A stretch of 64,000 bases of DNA from an uncultured delta proteobacterium (GCA_963735595.1 CAVTLK010000004.1:96001-160000); one strand, 5' to 3'; shown: positions 1-10,562, counted from the stretch's first letter. Notes: generated by a model from the letters alone, not told the origin. Program-made: numbers and translations.

Positions 1-383
1 GTCGGGGCGGCCTTTGTCTCAACGGCAAGCCCCTTCTCGTCATAGCGCGCCCTGGGAACCTCATGCCAGAGGCCCTCGATATCGTAAAAGAGACGGACCG
101 GCTCAAGAAAGATATGGATGATCACATCACCGTAGTCCATGAGGACCCACCGGCCCTCCGTGGTCCCCTCCACACCGATGGGGCGGATGCCCTGGGCCGA
201 CAGAGTCTCCTGGATGTGCTGCGCTGTCCGAATTGCGTGCAGGTCCGAGGTCCCGGTCATAATGATGATAAAATCGGTAAAGCTCGAGAAATTCCTGACG
301 TCAAGGACGACCAGGTCCCTGACTTTTCTGTCCAGGATTGCCCCAATGAAGGCGTCCGGACCGACTGTGGTACTCGTTTTCAG
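1..383 (-). CDS. rsfS: Ribosome silencing factor RsfS (Iojap), 3'-truncated by the window edge
   Basis: Not in the ORF track. Manual minus-strand translation gives LKTSTTVGPDAFIGAILDRKVRDLVVLDVRNFSSFTDFIIIMTGTS...EGRWVLMDYGDVIIHIFLEPVRLFYDIEGLW (WVLxDYGDVIxHIF motif). Usual position after nadD. Apparent CTG start overlaps the nadD stop. Confidence 0.92.
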   Translation of the reverse strand, partial: MKTSTTVGPDAFIGAILDRKVRDLVVLDVRNFSSFTDFIIIMTGTSDLHAIRTAQHIQETLSAQGIRPIGVEGTTEGRWVLMDYGDVIIHIFLEPVRLFYDIEGLWHEVPRARYDEKGLAVETKAAP

Positions 384-1042
384 CGGTAAAGCCCTTTCTC
401 TTGGATGTATCGATCCACCGCCGGCGGGACGAGGTAGCGAATCGATTTCCCCTGTCCTACCAGCCACCGTATGTGTGTGGCGGATATATCCATTGCCGTA
501 ATATTATGGTAAATAAGACGCGTCCCGCTCTCGTGCACGAGGGTGCCCTCGGGGTCGCGTGAGAAAAGCGTCGCGATCTCGGGAGGCAGGCTGCACTCCG
601 GCTCCATATTCCGCCCGGTCGGACGGTCCGTTACCACGAAGTGAGCCAGCTCGAAGAGACGCCGGTAGTCGTGCCACGTGGCGATCTCACAAAAGGCGTC
701 CAGCCCAAGGATAAAATAAATATCGGCGCCGGGGCCGAGGCGATTGCGAAAATTGGAAAGCGTATCGACGGTATAGGATTTGCCCTCCCGCTTGATCTCA
801 AGGTCCGAGGCATCAAAGAGCGGGTTGTCCTTCACGGCGCGCCGTAGCATCTCGTATCGGTGCACGGCCCCTGTGATCTGCGCCGGCGCCTTGTGGGGCG
901 GTACGGCCGAGACCATAAAGATAATCCGTTCGAGATCTAAATCCTCGCATACTTCCTGTGCGCTCCGCAGGTGGCCCACGTGAATCGGGTTAAAGGTCCC
1001 CCCCACGATTCCAAGCCGACGTATCCCCAAGAGGCTCTTCAT
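380..1042 (-). CDS. nadD: Nicotinate-nucleotide adenylyltransferase
   Basis: GGTFNPIHVGH, PPHK, SYTVDT and ISATHIR motifs; synteny with proA and rsfS. Confidence 0.96.
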   Translation of the reverse strand: MKSLLGIRRLGIVGGTFNPIHVGHLRSAQEVCEDLDLERIIFMVSAVPPHKAPAQITGAVHRYEMLRRAVKDNPLFDASDLEIKREGKSYTVDTLSNFRNRLGPGADIYFILGLDAFCEIATWHDYRRLFELAHFVVTDRPTGRNMEPECSLPPEIATLFSRDPEGTLVHESGTRLIYHNITAMDISATHIRWLVGQGKSIRYLVPPAVDRYIQEKGLYR

Positions 1043-1054
1043 AGCGTGTCCCGC

Positions 1055-2311
1055 CTAAGACCGTACCTGCCCGTCGCCGAAGCCGATAAACTTCGTGGTG
1101 GTCAGCTCCAGAAGGCCCATCGGCCCGAACGCGTGCAGCTTCGTCGTGGATATCCCGATCTCGGCCCCCAGCCCCAGCTCAAATCCATCGGAGAATCTCG
1201 TTGAGGCGTTGACAAACACGCACGACGAATTGACCTCGTCGACGAACCTCCGCGCGTTGGCGACGTCCCGTGTGACGATAGATTCGGTATGGAGAGACCC
1301 GTAGCGCTCTATGTGTGCGATCGCCTCGTCAATGCCGGAGACAACCCGCACGGCCAGGATCAGGTCAAGATATTCCGCGTACCAGTCTTCCTCGGTTGCC
1401 GGCTTGGCCGCGGGCGCCAGCGCCAGCGTCTCGGGGCAGCCCCGCAGCTCGACTCCCCGCTCCGTGAGGGCGCCGGCCGCCTTTGGCAGCCAACCGGCCG
1501 CGGCCGATCGGTGAACGAGGAGGGTCTCTGCAGCATTGCAGACGCCGGGGCGCTGTGTCTTGGCGTTAAGGATGATCGAGAGCGCCATTTCCGGATCGGC
1601 CGATTCATCTACAAAGACGTGGCAGACGCCCTTGTAGTGCTTGATGACCGGAATTCGGGATATCTCAACGACCTTCCGGATCAATTCCTCTCCCCCCCGG
1701 GGTATGATAACGTCAATATAGTCGTCGAGCTTCAGCAGCTCATCGACGGCCTGGTGATCGGTGATCCCGAGTATCCCGATCGCCCCTTCGGGAACGCCGT
1801 AGCGCGCGGCCGCCCGGGCAAGAACGTCCGCGACGGCGACATTGGACGAAATCGCTTCCGATCCCCCGCGGAGCACCACGGCGTTACCGCTCTTCAGGCA
1901 GAGCCCGGCAGCATCCGCCGTGACGTTAGGACGGGCCTCGTAGATAATCCCGATAACCCCCAGCGGTATCCGCTGCCTGCCGACCAGGAGGCCGTTCGGC
2001 CTGCGCCACATACCGGTGATCTCGCCCACGGGGTCCGGCAGCGCCGCCACTTCCCTGAGACCGCCCGCCATGGAATCGATTACCCTGTCGCTCAGGGTCA
2101 GCCGGTCGATGACGGCGGCCGAAAGACCCTTGGCTCGCGCCGCTTCCAGGTCCTTCTCGTTTTCCTGTTTGAGGCGGGCCCTGTCTTTTTGGAGCCCCTC
2201 TGCCATGCCGAGGAGCGCATCGTTCTTAGCGGTGGCGCGCATTCCCGCCAGCCGCCGCGATGCGTCCCGGGCGGCCCGGGCCACCCGGAGCACTTCATCT
2301 CTCACCGACAT
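1055..2311 (-). CDS. proA: Gamma-glutamyl phosphate reductase
   Basis: [26 protein letters not shown] and [22 protein letters not shown] motifs. Confidence 0.97.
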   Translation of the reverse strand: MSVRDEVLRVARAARDASRRLAGMRATAKNDALLGMAEGLQKDRARLKQENEKDLEAARAKGLSAAVIDRLTLSDRVIDSMAGGLREVAALPDPVGEITGMWRRPNGLLVGRQRIPLGVIGIIYEARPNVTADAAGLCLKSGNAVVLRGGSEAISSNVAVADVLARAAARYGVPEGAIGILGITDHQAVDELLKLDDYIDVIIPRGGEELIRKVVEISRIPVIKHYKGVCHVFVDESADPEMALSIILNAKTQRPGVCNAAETLLVHRSAAAGWLPKAAGALTERGVELRGCPETLALAPAAKPATEEDWYAEYLDLILAVRVVSGIDEAIAHIERYGSLHTESIVTRDVANARRFVDEVNSSCVFVNASTRFSDGFELGLGAEIGISTTKLHAFGPMGLLELTTTKFIGFGDGQVRS

Positions 2312-2392
2312 GCGTTTTCCCTGCTCAAATCATCCTGCCAATTGGGACGCGGCTCATCTTTCGCCGAACCGACCCGCGGTAAACCACGTTCT

Positions 2393-3511
2393 CTAAAAGA
2401 GGACAAGATTGTCCCGATGGATAACCTCGTCGGAGTATTTAAATCCGAGAACACCCTCGATGTCCCTGGTGTCCAGGCCCTTGATTTTGGTCAGCTCCTT
2501 CGCACCGTAGTTGACCAATCCCCGGGCGAATTCGGCGCCGTCCGGCCCCATCACCGAGATCGAATCACCGATATGAAAATCTCCCGCCACCCCCATGACG
2601 CCCTTCGGCAGGAGGCTCTTGCCCCCTTTTGAAATGGCAACGACGGCGCCCGTATCGACGGTAATGCTCCCCTTTGCCTTGAGGGTATAGGCGATCCAGT
2701 GCTTCCTGCTGGTCAGCCCCTCCCGTTTGGGGACAAAGAAGGTGCCGACCGGGCGTCCGGTAAAGACCTCCGTAATGACGTCCGGCACCCTGCCGCCGGC
2801 GATGATCGTGGGGACCCCCATGAAGGCCGCCATCTCCGCGGCCTCCACCTTCGACCGCATCCCCCCCCTTCCCACGGAGCCCGCCGTACCGCCTGCCGAC
2901 TCCTTGACGTTTTTTGTGATGCTCTTGACCAGTGGAACGATCCTCGCGTCGGGGAAAAGTCGCGGGTCTTTATCGTAGAGGCCCTCGGTATCCGTAAGGA
3001 TCATGAGGAGGTCGGCGGCGCACAGGTTCAATATCTGCGCCGCAAGGTTGTCGTTATCGCTCAGGCTGATCTCGGCGGTGGCCACGGTGTCGTTTTCGTT
3101 GATGATCGGAATGATGCCCATGTCAATGAGCGACAGCAGCGTGTTCCGGGCGTTGATGAAGCGATGGCGGTTCTTCAGGTCCTCGTGGGTCAGCAGCATC
3201 TGGCCGACGACGATAGAGAAGCGCTCGAAGGCGCGCTCATAGGCCCTCATCAGGGAAGTCTGCCCGACGGACGCGGCCGCCTGAAGAAGGGAAATAGAAG
3301 TCGGCTTTTTATCAAGCCCCATACGCGGCAGTCCGGCTGCGATAGCGCCCGACGAGACTATGATGACCTCCATCCCCCGTTTCTTGAGATCGGCGATCTG
3401 GGAAACGATCCGGTCGATGATGGAAAAATCGAGGCCCCCCTGCGCGGTCAGAACTCCGCTTCCGATCTTGATTACCGTCCGCGTCGCGTTCTTAATGTAG
3501 GTCTCGCGAAT
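2393..3511 (-). CDS. proB: Glutamate 5-kinase with C-terminal PUA domain
   Basis: VSSGAI, INENDTV and GGMRSKV motifs. The frame extends upstream of the track ATG (3373) to IRETYIKNATRTVIKIGSGVL; start inferred at ATT 3511 behind a G-rich SD. Confidence 0.94.
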   Translation of the reverse strand: MRETYIKNATRTVIKIGSGVLTAQGGLDFSIIDRIVSQIADLKKRGMEVIIVSSGAIAAGLPRMGLDKKPTSISLLQAAASVGQTSLMRAYERAFERFSIVVGQMLLTHEDLKNRHRFINARNTLLSLIDMGIIPIINENDTVATAEISLSDNDNLAAQILNLCAADLLMILTDTEGLYDKDPRLFPDARIVPLVKSITKNVKESAGGTAGSVGRGGMRSKVEAAEMAAFMGVPTIIAGGRVPDVITEVFTGRPVGTFFVPKREGLTSRKHWIAYTLKAKGSITVDTGAVVAISKGGKSLLPKGVMGVAGDFHIGDSISVMGPDGAEFARGLVNYGAKELTKIKGLDTRDIEGVLGFKYSDEVIHRDNLVLF

Positions 3512-3538
3512 TGTGTCGTCCCCCCTTCAGGTAAGGGT

Positions 3539-4579
3539 CTATTCGGTGGATGGATCCGGCCGCGGCGTTTCTGAGAACCGGAGTATCGAGATCCGCCGGG
3601 CAAGCTCTTTAAGCAGCTCGGCGACGCCTTCTCCATTCATAGCAGAAATAGGAAAAATGTCAATACCTAACCGTTGAAGCGGTTCCTTCAGGATACCGAG
3701 CTTCTCGTGCGCCCCCTCTATGTCGATCTTCCCGCCCACCACGATCTGCGGTTTTTCGGCCAGGGGCCCGCTATAGGACAAGAGCTCGCGGTTGAGTGTC
3801 ACATAATCGTCGTGGGGATTCCTTCCGTTTCCCGGGTCGCAGTCGACTATATGAATCAGCAGCCGCGTCCGTTCCACGTGTTTCAGGAACCGGATGCCCA
3901 GTCCCGTGCCCGTATGGGCGCCTTCGATGATTCCGGGGATGTCGGCCACCACAAAGCTCATATCGTCGGAAAACCGCACGACCCCGAGGTTAGGAGTAAG
4001 TGTCGTAAAGGGATAGTCGGCTATCTTGGGCCGCGCGTGGGATATGCGGGCAATCAGCGTCGATTTCCCCACGTTTGGGTACCCGATGATTCCCACTTCC
4101 GCCATGACCTTGAGGGAGAGGCGAATGTGCATCGTGCGGGCCGGGGCGCCGTTCTCGGCCTCGCGCGGCGCCTGGTTTGATGGACCGACAAACCGGGCGT
4201 TGCCCCGTCCGCCTCTGGCCGGTCCCATGATCTGCGTGGGTTTGTCCGCCGTTGTGATGTCGGCGATTACCGTCCCGGTATCGTTGTCGATGACCTCGGT
4301 GCCTACGGGAACGGGGATGATGAGATCGATCCCGTTTTTCCCATGCCGATTATTGCCGGAGCCGTTCCCTCCCCGCCCGGAGGCCAGGTGTTTCTTATAT
4401 TTATAATCAAGCAGCGTCGTCATGTTAGGATTGCCGATAAACAAGACGCTCCCCCCGTTGCCGCCGTCTCCCCCGTCCGGCCCGCCCCGCGGCACGTACT
4501 TCTCGCGGTGGAAGCCGACGCACCCGTTGCCTCCGGCGGCCGCGGTTATCTCAACGACCGCTTCGTCGATAAATTTCAT
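3539..4579 (-). CDS. obgE: GTPase ObgE/CgtA
   Basis: Gly-rich Obg fold (GGPDGGDGGNGG), GYPNVGKST, YPFTTL, DIPG. Confidence 0.97.
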   Translation of the reverse strand: MKFIDEAVVEITAAAGGNGCVGFHREKYVPRGGPDGGDGGNGGSVLFIGNPNMTTLLDYKYKKHLASGRGGNGSGNNRHGKNGIDLIIPVPVGTEVIDNDTGTVIADITTADKPTQIMGPARGGRGNARFVGPSNQAPREAENGAPARTMHIRLSLKVMAEVGIIGYPNVGKSTLIARISHARPKIADYPFTTLTPNLGVVRFSDDMSFVVADIPGIIEGAHTGTGLGIRFLKHVERTRLLIHIVDCDPGNGRNPHDDYVTLNRELLSYSGPLAEKPQIVVGGKIDIEGAHEKLGILKEPLQRLGIDIFPISAMNGEGVAELLKELARRISILRFSETPRPDPSTE

Positions 4580-4589
4580 GTTTCTGCCT

Positions 4590-4627
4590 CAAAAAAGGAA
4601 AAGGGCAGGCGAAAACCTGCCCTTTTC
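4590..4627 (-). terminator. Intrinsic terminator-like hairpin between rpmA and obgE
   Basis: Minus strand reads GAAAAGGGCAGG-TTTTCG-CCTGCCCTTTTC then CTTTTTT. Confidence 0.7.
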
Positions 4628-4767
4628 ATATATGTTATAAGACCCGAAGGTCTTTTGGGACTGACGATAAACCTCACTCCCGTTTCACCGCACCCGGCCG
4701 GGCCTTTCCGGCCGTACCACCCATGACCGCCATCTGTTGGCGGCTTGAGATCCCCGAACGCCGGGCA

Positions 4768-5028
4768 TCAAGACGCGGAAGGCATAATGCTGACGTGCTT
4801 TTTACCGTCCGCCTTTGTCTTGAACGTCACGACGCCGTCAATCAGGGCGAACAGGGTATGGTCTCTTCCCATACCGACATTCTGGCCCGGATGGATCCGT
4901 GATCCGCGCTGACGAACGATGATGTTTCCGGCACGGACAATCTGACCACCGTAGCGCTTTACGCCGAGGCGACGGCCGATACTATCACGACCGTTTTTTG
5001 AACTTCCCTGTCCCTTTTTATGTGCCAT
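4768..5028 (-). CDS. rpmA: 50S ribosomal protein L27
   Basis: [16 protein letters not shown]...[10 protein letters not shown]...GNIIVRQRG. Confidence 0.98.
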   Translation of the reverse strand: MAHKKGQGSSKNGRDSIGRRLGVKRYGGQIVRAGNIIVRQRGSRIHPGQNVGMGRDHTLFALIDGVVTFKTKADGKKHVSIMPSAS

Positions 5029-5032
5029 GGGT

Positions 5033-5344
5033 CTACCCCTTTATCCCGTCGATCTTGATCCGGGTCAACAACTGGCGGTGTCCGAGCCGTTTCTTATAGC
5101 CGCCGCGTCGTTTGAATTTCTGAATCGTAATCTTTTTCCCCTTGTCCTGACCGGTTATGGTCCCGGTAACCGATGCCCCCTTTACGACGGGTGCGCCGAT
5201 CACGGCCCCTTTCTCGGAGTTGATCATGAGAACATCGGTTATCGCTACCGCGTCCCCGACATTACCATCAAGCTTCTCGACGGTAATGGTATCCCCCGGG
5301 GTTACTCGGTATTGCTTCCCACCGGTCTTTATAATTGCATACAT
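5033..5344 (-). CDS. rplU: 50S ribosomal protein L21
   Basis: [14 protein letters not shown]...GHRQ; start moved to ATG 5344. Confidence 0.98.
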   Translation of the reverse strand: MYAIIKTGGKQYRVTPGDTITVEKLDGNVGDAVAITDVLMINSEKGAVIGAPVVKGASVTGTITGQDKGKKITIQKFKRRGGYKKRLGHRQLLTRIKIDGIKG

Positions 5345-5558
5345 ATCGGCCTTCCCTGACGAAAAATGACTTTCCAAGTCTCCAAAAGCTGTTATTTAAC
5401 CATTTCTTATGTACGTTGTCAAGCATTTTATGAACTGCACGCGGCATTATTACCTCTTTTCCCCGAACAGGGCAACCCTGATCTGATTCCGGTCTATTGA
5501 CATAGTGCCGGTTTGGTATTACTATATGGCTGTAGGATAGTATATAGTAAAGAGAACT

Positions 5559-5969
5559 ATGATTGCATATGATGTAACCTGCGCGAATGGACATACTTTT
5601 GAGGGTTGGTTCGCCGACAACGCCTCATTTGAGGACCAGAAGTCCCGCGACCTGATAGATTGTCCGTTTTGCGGCGATACGCGCGTTGAACGAATCCCCT
5701 CGACGTTTGCCATCGGAAATAAGCAGAAGCCTCGGCAAACATCCGTCGATATACCGCCCCAACTTGCCGCGATGATCCGTATGCGCCGTTATATCGAGAA
5801 CAACTTCGAGGACGTCGGCGAGAAATTCGCGGATGAAGCCGTTAAGATCCATTACGGCGAGACCGAAAAGAGAAGTATTCGGGGGACGACCACCCAGGAA
5901 GAAGAGCGCCGGCTCAAGGAGGAAGGCGTTTCCTTTGTTAAAATTCCCATTATTCGGTACGATAGCTGA
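5559..5969 (+). CDS. DUF1178-family zinc-ribbon protein
   Basis: CANGHTFEGWF...CPFCG and EDVGEKFADEAVKIHYGE...IRG motifs. Confidence 0.85.
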   Translation: MIAYDVTCANGHTFEGWFADNASFEDQKSRDLIDCPFCGDTRVERIPSTFAIGNKQKPRQTSVDIPPQLAAMIRMRRYIENNFEDVGEKFADEAVKIHYGETEKRSIRGTTTQEEERRLKEEGVSFVKIPIIRYDS

Positions 5970-6283
5970 AAAAAGATGAATTTTATCAACAGCGAATAGG
6001 TCGAAAGTTACTGATATTTCAAATAGTTGATTCACATCTGCCGCAAAATGGGGGTTAAGTAAGCCCCCTTTTCTTTAGGCTTTTTCCCTCTATAATATAA
6101 TTCTGTTTTTGTGCCGGTGTCAGTGCCGTTTCGGACGCCGGCTGCAACAGTCACGTCGTAAAGCCGGTCCGTTGCCAACCCTACGACCCGCAGGCAACCC
6201 GAAATATATCTCTATTGGACGGTATTTGATCGCGGTAATGGAGTAACAAAGCAGAGGCTTCTCTTTATAAGAGTTTCGTCTTC

Positions 6284-6306
6284 TGTATACTAAATTATGG
6301 ATACAA
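6284..6306 (+). promoter_or_regulatory. Putative GntR autoregulatory boxes
   Basis: TGTATAC and TGGATACAA just upstream of the GntR gene, resembling TGTATACA-type GntR operators. Confidence 0.45.
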
Positions 6307-6340
6307 TGTTTTTTCTACAGTTTCTGGGGGGGACGAGGTA

Positions 6341-6991
6341 ATGTTATATAAGATTGAAGATCTCAGCCTTAAACAACGCGTGGCCGACACGGTAAAGGAT
6401 GCAATCCTTTCGGGAAGTATCAAACCGGGAGAGAAAATACCCGAAGAGAGAATATCCGAGGCCCTCGGGATATCCCGTACTCCGCTCAGGGAAGCGATGA
6501 ACCTCCTGGTCAACTACGGATTGGTAAACGTCGTTCCGAGGCGCGGCGCGTTTGTATCCCATATCTCTCCCGAAGAGATACTCGATATCCTCACCGTTCG
6601 TATGGCGCTGGAGCCGCTCGGCGCGGAAATGGCGGCGCGAAAAAGGATCAGGCACGACCGTTTTATCGGTGACCTCAAGGAGCTTCATAGCACCTTCAGG
6701 AATAAGAAGCTCGGTGACGGCTCCGATTCGGATATTGCCTTTCATCAGTTTATCGCGGAGGCTTCAGAAAGCCCGACCCTTCTATCCGTGCTGCTGCCCC
6801 TCTTCTACCGCTCCGTTCTGGCGATGTCCTATTCTTCTCTCATCCCGGGCAACCGCCAGGAATCCCTTTCGGATCACGACAAGATCATCAAGGCGCTGGC
6901 CGCAAAAGACGCCGAAGGCGCGAGGCTGGCCATGACCGAGCACCTGATTCAGGTAATGAGCAATGTAAAGAAGGGGTATAAGGAAGCGTAG
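6341..6991 (+). CDS. GntR-family regulator (wHTH + FCD)
   Basis: ILSGSIKPGEKIPEERISEALGISRTPLREAM; FCD residues DIAFH, DHDKII, MTEHL. Confidence 0.92.
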   Translation: MLYKIEDLSLKQRVADTVKDAILSGSIKPGEKIPEERISEALGISRTPLREAMNLLVNYGLVNVVPRRGAFVSHISPEEILDILTVRMALEPLGAEMAARKRIRHDRFIGDLKELHSTFRNKKLGDGSDSDIAFHQFIAEASESPTLLSVLLPLFYRSVLAMSYSSLIPGNRQESLSDHDKIIKALAAKDAEGARLAMTEHLIQVMSNVKKGYKEA

Positions 6992-7138
6992 GATTCTATT
7001 ATTGTTAAGCGTGATCTAAATTCTATCGGCGCGTGCACACCGTCCGCGGTAATACGTACGCCCCTGCTCGGCGGATACGACAGCACGTATCTGCACAGCA
7101 GGCGGCGGCCTTTTCCGGCACATGGTCGGCCGGTTCCC

Positions 7139-8023
7139 TCAGGTCAACCGGTAGTACTCTCCCTCCTGCCTCACGATCCCCCTTTTCATGAGCCGTGCCA
7201 GATGTTTTTTCATCGTACACATCTCGCCGAAGTCATAAAATATCTTTGGCTCCCGGGCCTTCTTATAGACGATCCGGGCTTCAACTATGTCTCCGATTGT
7301 CCTGGGAGTCCTCAAGAGGTCGAGAAGGCGGTCTTCCCTCTGGCCAATTACCGCTAAAAACCGGTCCCAGCGATCGGCCGGGTCGTCCCGGTATATGCCC
7401 GTATCGTGGGGGGATATCCAGACTTTCGCCGGGACTTCCCGTAAACGCCGGATCGACGCGATCGTCCGGTCGATATCCGAATCCCGGTCGCCGTAATAGG
7501 GGAAAGGAGACAGATCGTAATCGCCGATATAGAGCACCGCCGGTTCCCGGATGAAGAATGAAAGGTGACCCGCAGTATGCCCGGGGGTAGAGAGCACTTC
7601 CACCGTCACCCCGCCCAGTTCGACGATTTCGCCGCCGTCAAACAGGCGGTCGGCCTTGCGCGGCTGAAAATGAAACGAGGTCTTCATAATCTCGGCCCAG
7701 GCCGCCCGATCGTCCCGGTTGGTGATATCGTAGTAATCAAGGAAGCTATCGATTGATTCAAGGGCCGGCGCGTCCACGGCCGACATCGCCAGTGTCCGGT
7801 CCGTGAAAAGCCCGAGAAACATGAAGTGATCCTCGTGGTAGTGGGAGAGCCAGACCTCGTCGAGACCCCGGCCGTCCCGGAGGTCAGTGAGCTTTTCTTT
7901 GTTGGAAGACGGGTCAATGACGATGCGCCGTTTACCCTCGATAACGAGCGAATTGCAGTAGGGATACCTGCCCTGATTGTCCCCGGGGATGAAACGGGCC
8001 GGACCGAAATCGAATTGATCCAC
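7139..8023 (-). CDS. Metallo-beta-lactamase-fold hydrolase
   Basis: SHYHEDH, TPGHTAGH, YIGD, PHD motifs. Confidence 0.88.
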   Translation of the reverse strand: MDQFDFGPARFIPGDNQGRYPYCNSLVIEGKRRIVIDPSSNKEKLTDLRDGRGLDEVWLSHYHEDHFMFLGLFTDRTLAMSAVDAPALESIDSFLDYYDITNRDDRAAWAEIMKTSFHFQPRKADRLFDGGEIVELGGVTVEVLSTPGHTAGHLSFFIREPAVLYIGDYDLSPFPYYGDRDSDIDRTIASIRRLREVPAKVWISPHDTGIYRDDPADRWDRFLAVIGQREDRLLDLLRTPRTIGDIVEARIVYKKAREPKIFYDFGEMCTMKKHLARLMKRGIVRQEGEYYRLT

Positions 8024-8126
8024 GGAAAACTCCGATCGGGATACCAGACGAAGAAAGGGGCAGCCGCCGGATATGCCGGTATCCCCCCTTGTGACCGCTT
8101 ATCAGCCGACGTGCGCGCTATCGGTA

Positions 8127-9044
8127 CTACAGGTAGGTCAGCCAACGCTCGAACTGCCGATCCTTACCCTTTACCGCGTCGAAAAAGGCCTCCTGCAGCC
8201 GCTTGGTAATGGGGCCCGGCCGCACCTTCCCGATGGGACGGTCGTCCACTTCGCGGATTGGGGTGATCTCGGCCGCCGTTCCGGTCAGGAAGGCCTCATC
8301 GCAGGTATAGACCTCGTCGCGCGAGAAGCGCTCCTCGACAACGGTGTAGCCCATCTTCCGCGCGATAGTTATGATTGAGTCCCTGGTGATACCGGCAAGA
8401 ACCGACGTAAGCGGCGTAGTCCTGATCAGGTCATGGGTGACGATGAAGATATTTTCACCGCTTGCCTCCGCGATATATCCGTCGGTATCAAGCATTATGG
8501 CCTCATCGTATCCCGCGCGGGTTACCTCGAGCTTGGCCATGATCGAATTTACGTAGTTCCCGCAGACCTTGGCCTTGGTCATGTTCACGTTTACGTGGTG
8601 GCGCGTGATGGAGGACACTTTTGCGCGGATGCCTTTGGCCAGGCCCTCCTCACCGAGGTATGCCCCCCAGGGCCAGGTAATGATCGCCACCCTGATGGGG
8701 TTATTCTGCGGATGAAGCCCCATCACTTCGTCCCCGATAAAGACCAGCGGCCTGATATACCCTTCCTGCATACCGTTTGCCTTGAGCGTCTCCAGTATTG
8801 CCCCGGATATCTCGTCCTCAGAAAAGGGGATTGTCATAAAACAGATCATGGCCGAATCAAAAAGGCGGTGAATATGCTCGGAAAGTCTGAAGATCGCCGA
8901 TCTTTGATCGTGGGTCTTGTAGCAGCGTATCCCCTCGAAGACACCGAGCCCATAGTGCAGCGTGTGGGTCAGAATATGGACGTTGGCCTTTTCCCAGGGG
9001 ATTAGCTTACCGTCGAGCCATATCGATGAAACTTTCTGAACCAT
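8127..9044 (-). CDS. ilvE: Branched-chain amino acid aminotransferase
   Basis: [41 protein letters not shown]. Confidence 0.96.
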   Translation of the reverse strand: MVQKVSSIWLDGKLIPWEKANVHILTHTLHYGLGVFEGIRCYKTHDQRSAIFRLSEHIHRLFDSAMICFMTIPFSEDEISGAILETLKANGMQEGYIRPLVFIGDEVMGLHPQNNPIRVAIITWPWGAYLGEEGLAKGIRAKVSSITRHHVNVNMTKAKVCGNYVNSIMAKLEVTRAGYDEAIMLDTDGYIAEASGENIFIVTHDLIRTTPLTSVLAGITRDSIITIARKMGYTVVEERFSRDEVYTCDEAFLTGTAAEITPIREVDDRPIGKVRPGPITKRLQEAFFDAVKGKDRQFERWLTYL

Positions 9045-9092
9045 GAGAAACCTCCGCTATCTCGTCTCGGATCTCGAGAGTCCCGGTCAGGC

Positions 9093-10562
9093 CTATCGCA
9101 AATCCCGTATCCCCAGGAGCGAGAGCTCCCGCCTGGCCTCCAGCGACTCGGGATTGATTTCGAGGGCCTTGCGAAAGTGGAGCGCCGCAATATCCCTGAG
9201 CTTCTGCTCTTTATACACAGATCCAAGGAAGAGCTGGGTAGTCTCGAGCGAAGGATTGAGGGCCGCCGCCTTCTTGAGATTCCGCACAGCCGCCAGGACG
9301 TCATTACCCTGCTTATCGTCGGCGGCAAGAAAGAGCGCCCAACCCAGATACGCCAGGTACTCCCCCTCTTCGGGAACTAATTTGGTCGCCCATCCAAAAG
9401 ACTCCCGCGCACTTGTGTAGTCCCGCTTCTTCAGGAAGACTTTACCTTTCTGGAATTGGAGCTCGGCGTTCATGATGTTGCTGGTTTTCTCTGCGTCCAT
9501 CCCTCCGCCGGGTTCGGTGAAGGAACGGATATACTCCGCCCGCTCACGTTGGTCAGTGAGGACTTTATACGCCTTGGTGACCAGGTCAAAGATATGGTTT
9601 GCCGTTTTCACGACGAGGGGGGGCGTCCCCGGACCGAGGGAATCGGGGTGATACTCCTTTACAAGCCTCACATAGGCGCGCTTGATGTCCTGAACCGAAG
9701 TATCTTCGTCGACCCCGAGTACTTCGAAGTAGTTTTTCGTCGTCATTTCGTGGTAGGTCGCCAGGATCTCCGAGGCCGCATCTTTCCCCGCCGCGTCCCG
9801 GGCAGATCGATCGGTCGAGTCCTGCCCCCCCGCGGCCTTTACGGAAAGGACGTCAGTGATGATGGCGCCGTAGATCAGGCGGTAGGAGTCGATAAACTCC
9901 AGGGGAGACATCTCGATCGTCTCTCTCACGGTCTTTGTACCGTCGGCCAGGTCTATTAGCCATCGTTCATCTTCACTGAGGCTATCCACGGCCGGCAGCG
10001 CCGTTCTTTTGGACCCGGGATAGAGGTAATCGCCGCCGTAGGGCCCGATCACCGCTGATAGTCTATCCAGACTGTAGTACCTTTTTATGCCCATAAAGAC
10101 AATAGATTCAACGGTGAGATGGGAAAAGTCACTGAGCGGCGACATGAAGTCCTTCTTGACAAAACGGTATTCCCCTTCCGTCCACTTGAAAAGATTGAGG
10201 AGCTTTTCAACAGTGTGCTCCCGGAGATACTTCCCGAGCTCCTCGCCGGTCAACAGGCCCCGCTCTATAAGGATATCTCCGTGAAGCCGGTGGCTCCGGA
10301 AGGCGGCGTCGATGCTCTCGGTATATTGCTCCTGGTTGATCTTGCCGATCGATACGAGGTACCTGCCGAGGACTTCCTGGAGGAGGTTCGAGGTTACCCG
10401 TGCCGGTTTCCCGTGATCAAAGATAAGGCTTTTTCTTACCTTACCCCGCTCGACGGTGAGGGTTCCGCTGATACCCATTGAGCCGATTTCGTTGAGGAGC
10501 TTGGGAAAGGGCGTCTCATCGAGATTTCCCGCAAATAGCGGTTTTATATTCTGGCCTTCCAT
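9093..10562 (-). CDS. DUF4388 + J-domain + TPR protein
   Basis: N-terminal GNLDETPFPKLL...GTLTV...LFKWTEGEYRF (DUF4388-like); J domain NYFEVLGV...YHPD; C-terminal TPR repeats. Confidence 0.8.
   Translation of the reverse strand: MEGQNIKPLFAGNLDETPFPKLLNEIGSMGISGTLTVERGKVRKSLIFDHGKPARVTSNLLQEVLGRYLVSIGKINQEQYTESIDAAFRSHRLHGDILIERGLLTGEELGKYLREHTVEKLLNLFKWTEGEYRFVKKDFMSPLSDFSHLTVESIVFMGIKRYYSLDRLSAVIGPYGGDYLYPGSKRTALPAVDSLSEDERWLIDLADGTKTVRETIEMSPLEFIDSYRLIYGAIITDVLSVKAAGGQDSTDRSARDAAGKDAASEILATYHEMTTKNYFEVLGVDEDTSVQDIKRAYVRLVKEYHPDSLGPGTPPLVVKTANHIFDLVTKAYKVLTDQRERAEYIRSFTEPGGGMDAEKTSNIMNAELQFQKGKVFLKKRDYTSARESFGWATKLVPEEGEYLAYLGWALFLAADDKQGNDVLAAVRNLKKAAALNPSLETTQLFLGSVYKEQKLRDIAALHFRKALEINPESLEARRELSLLGIRDLR

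Noticed and set aside
1289..2632. 447-aa plus-strand ORF and similar long antisense ORFs (26033-27442, 36852-38216, 39429-40850, 59599-61329)
   Set aside because: Shadow frames opposite well-supported genes in GC-rich DNA, with no recognisable motifs
4630..4767. 6S RNA or another known ncRNA
   Set aside because: No long closing stem with a central bubble or recognisable signature; kept only as an unnamed candidate
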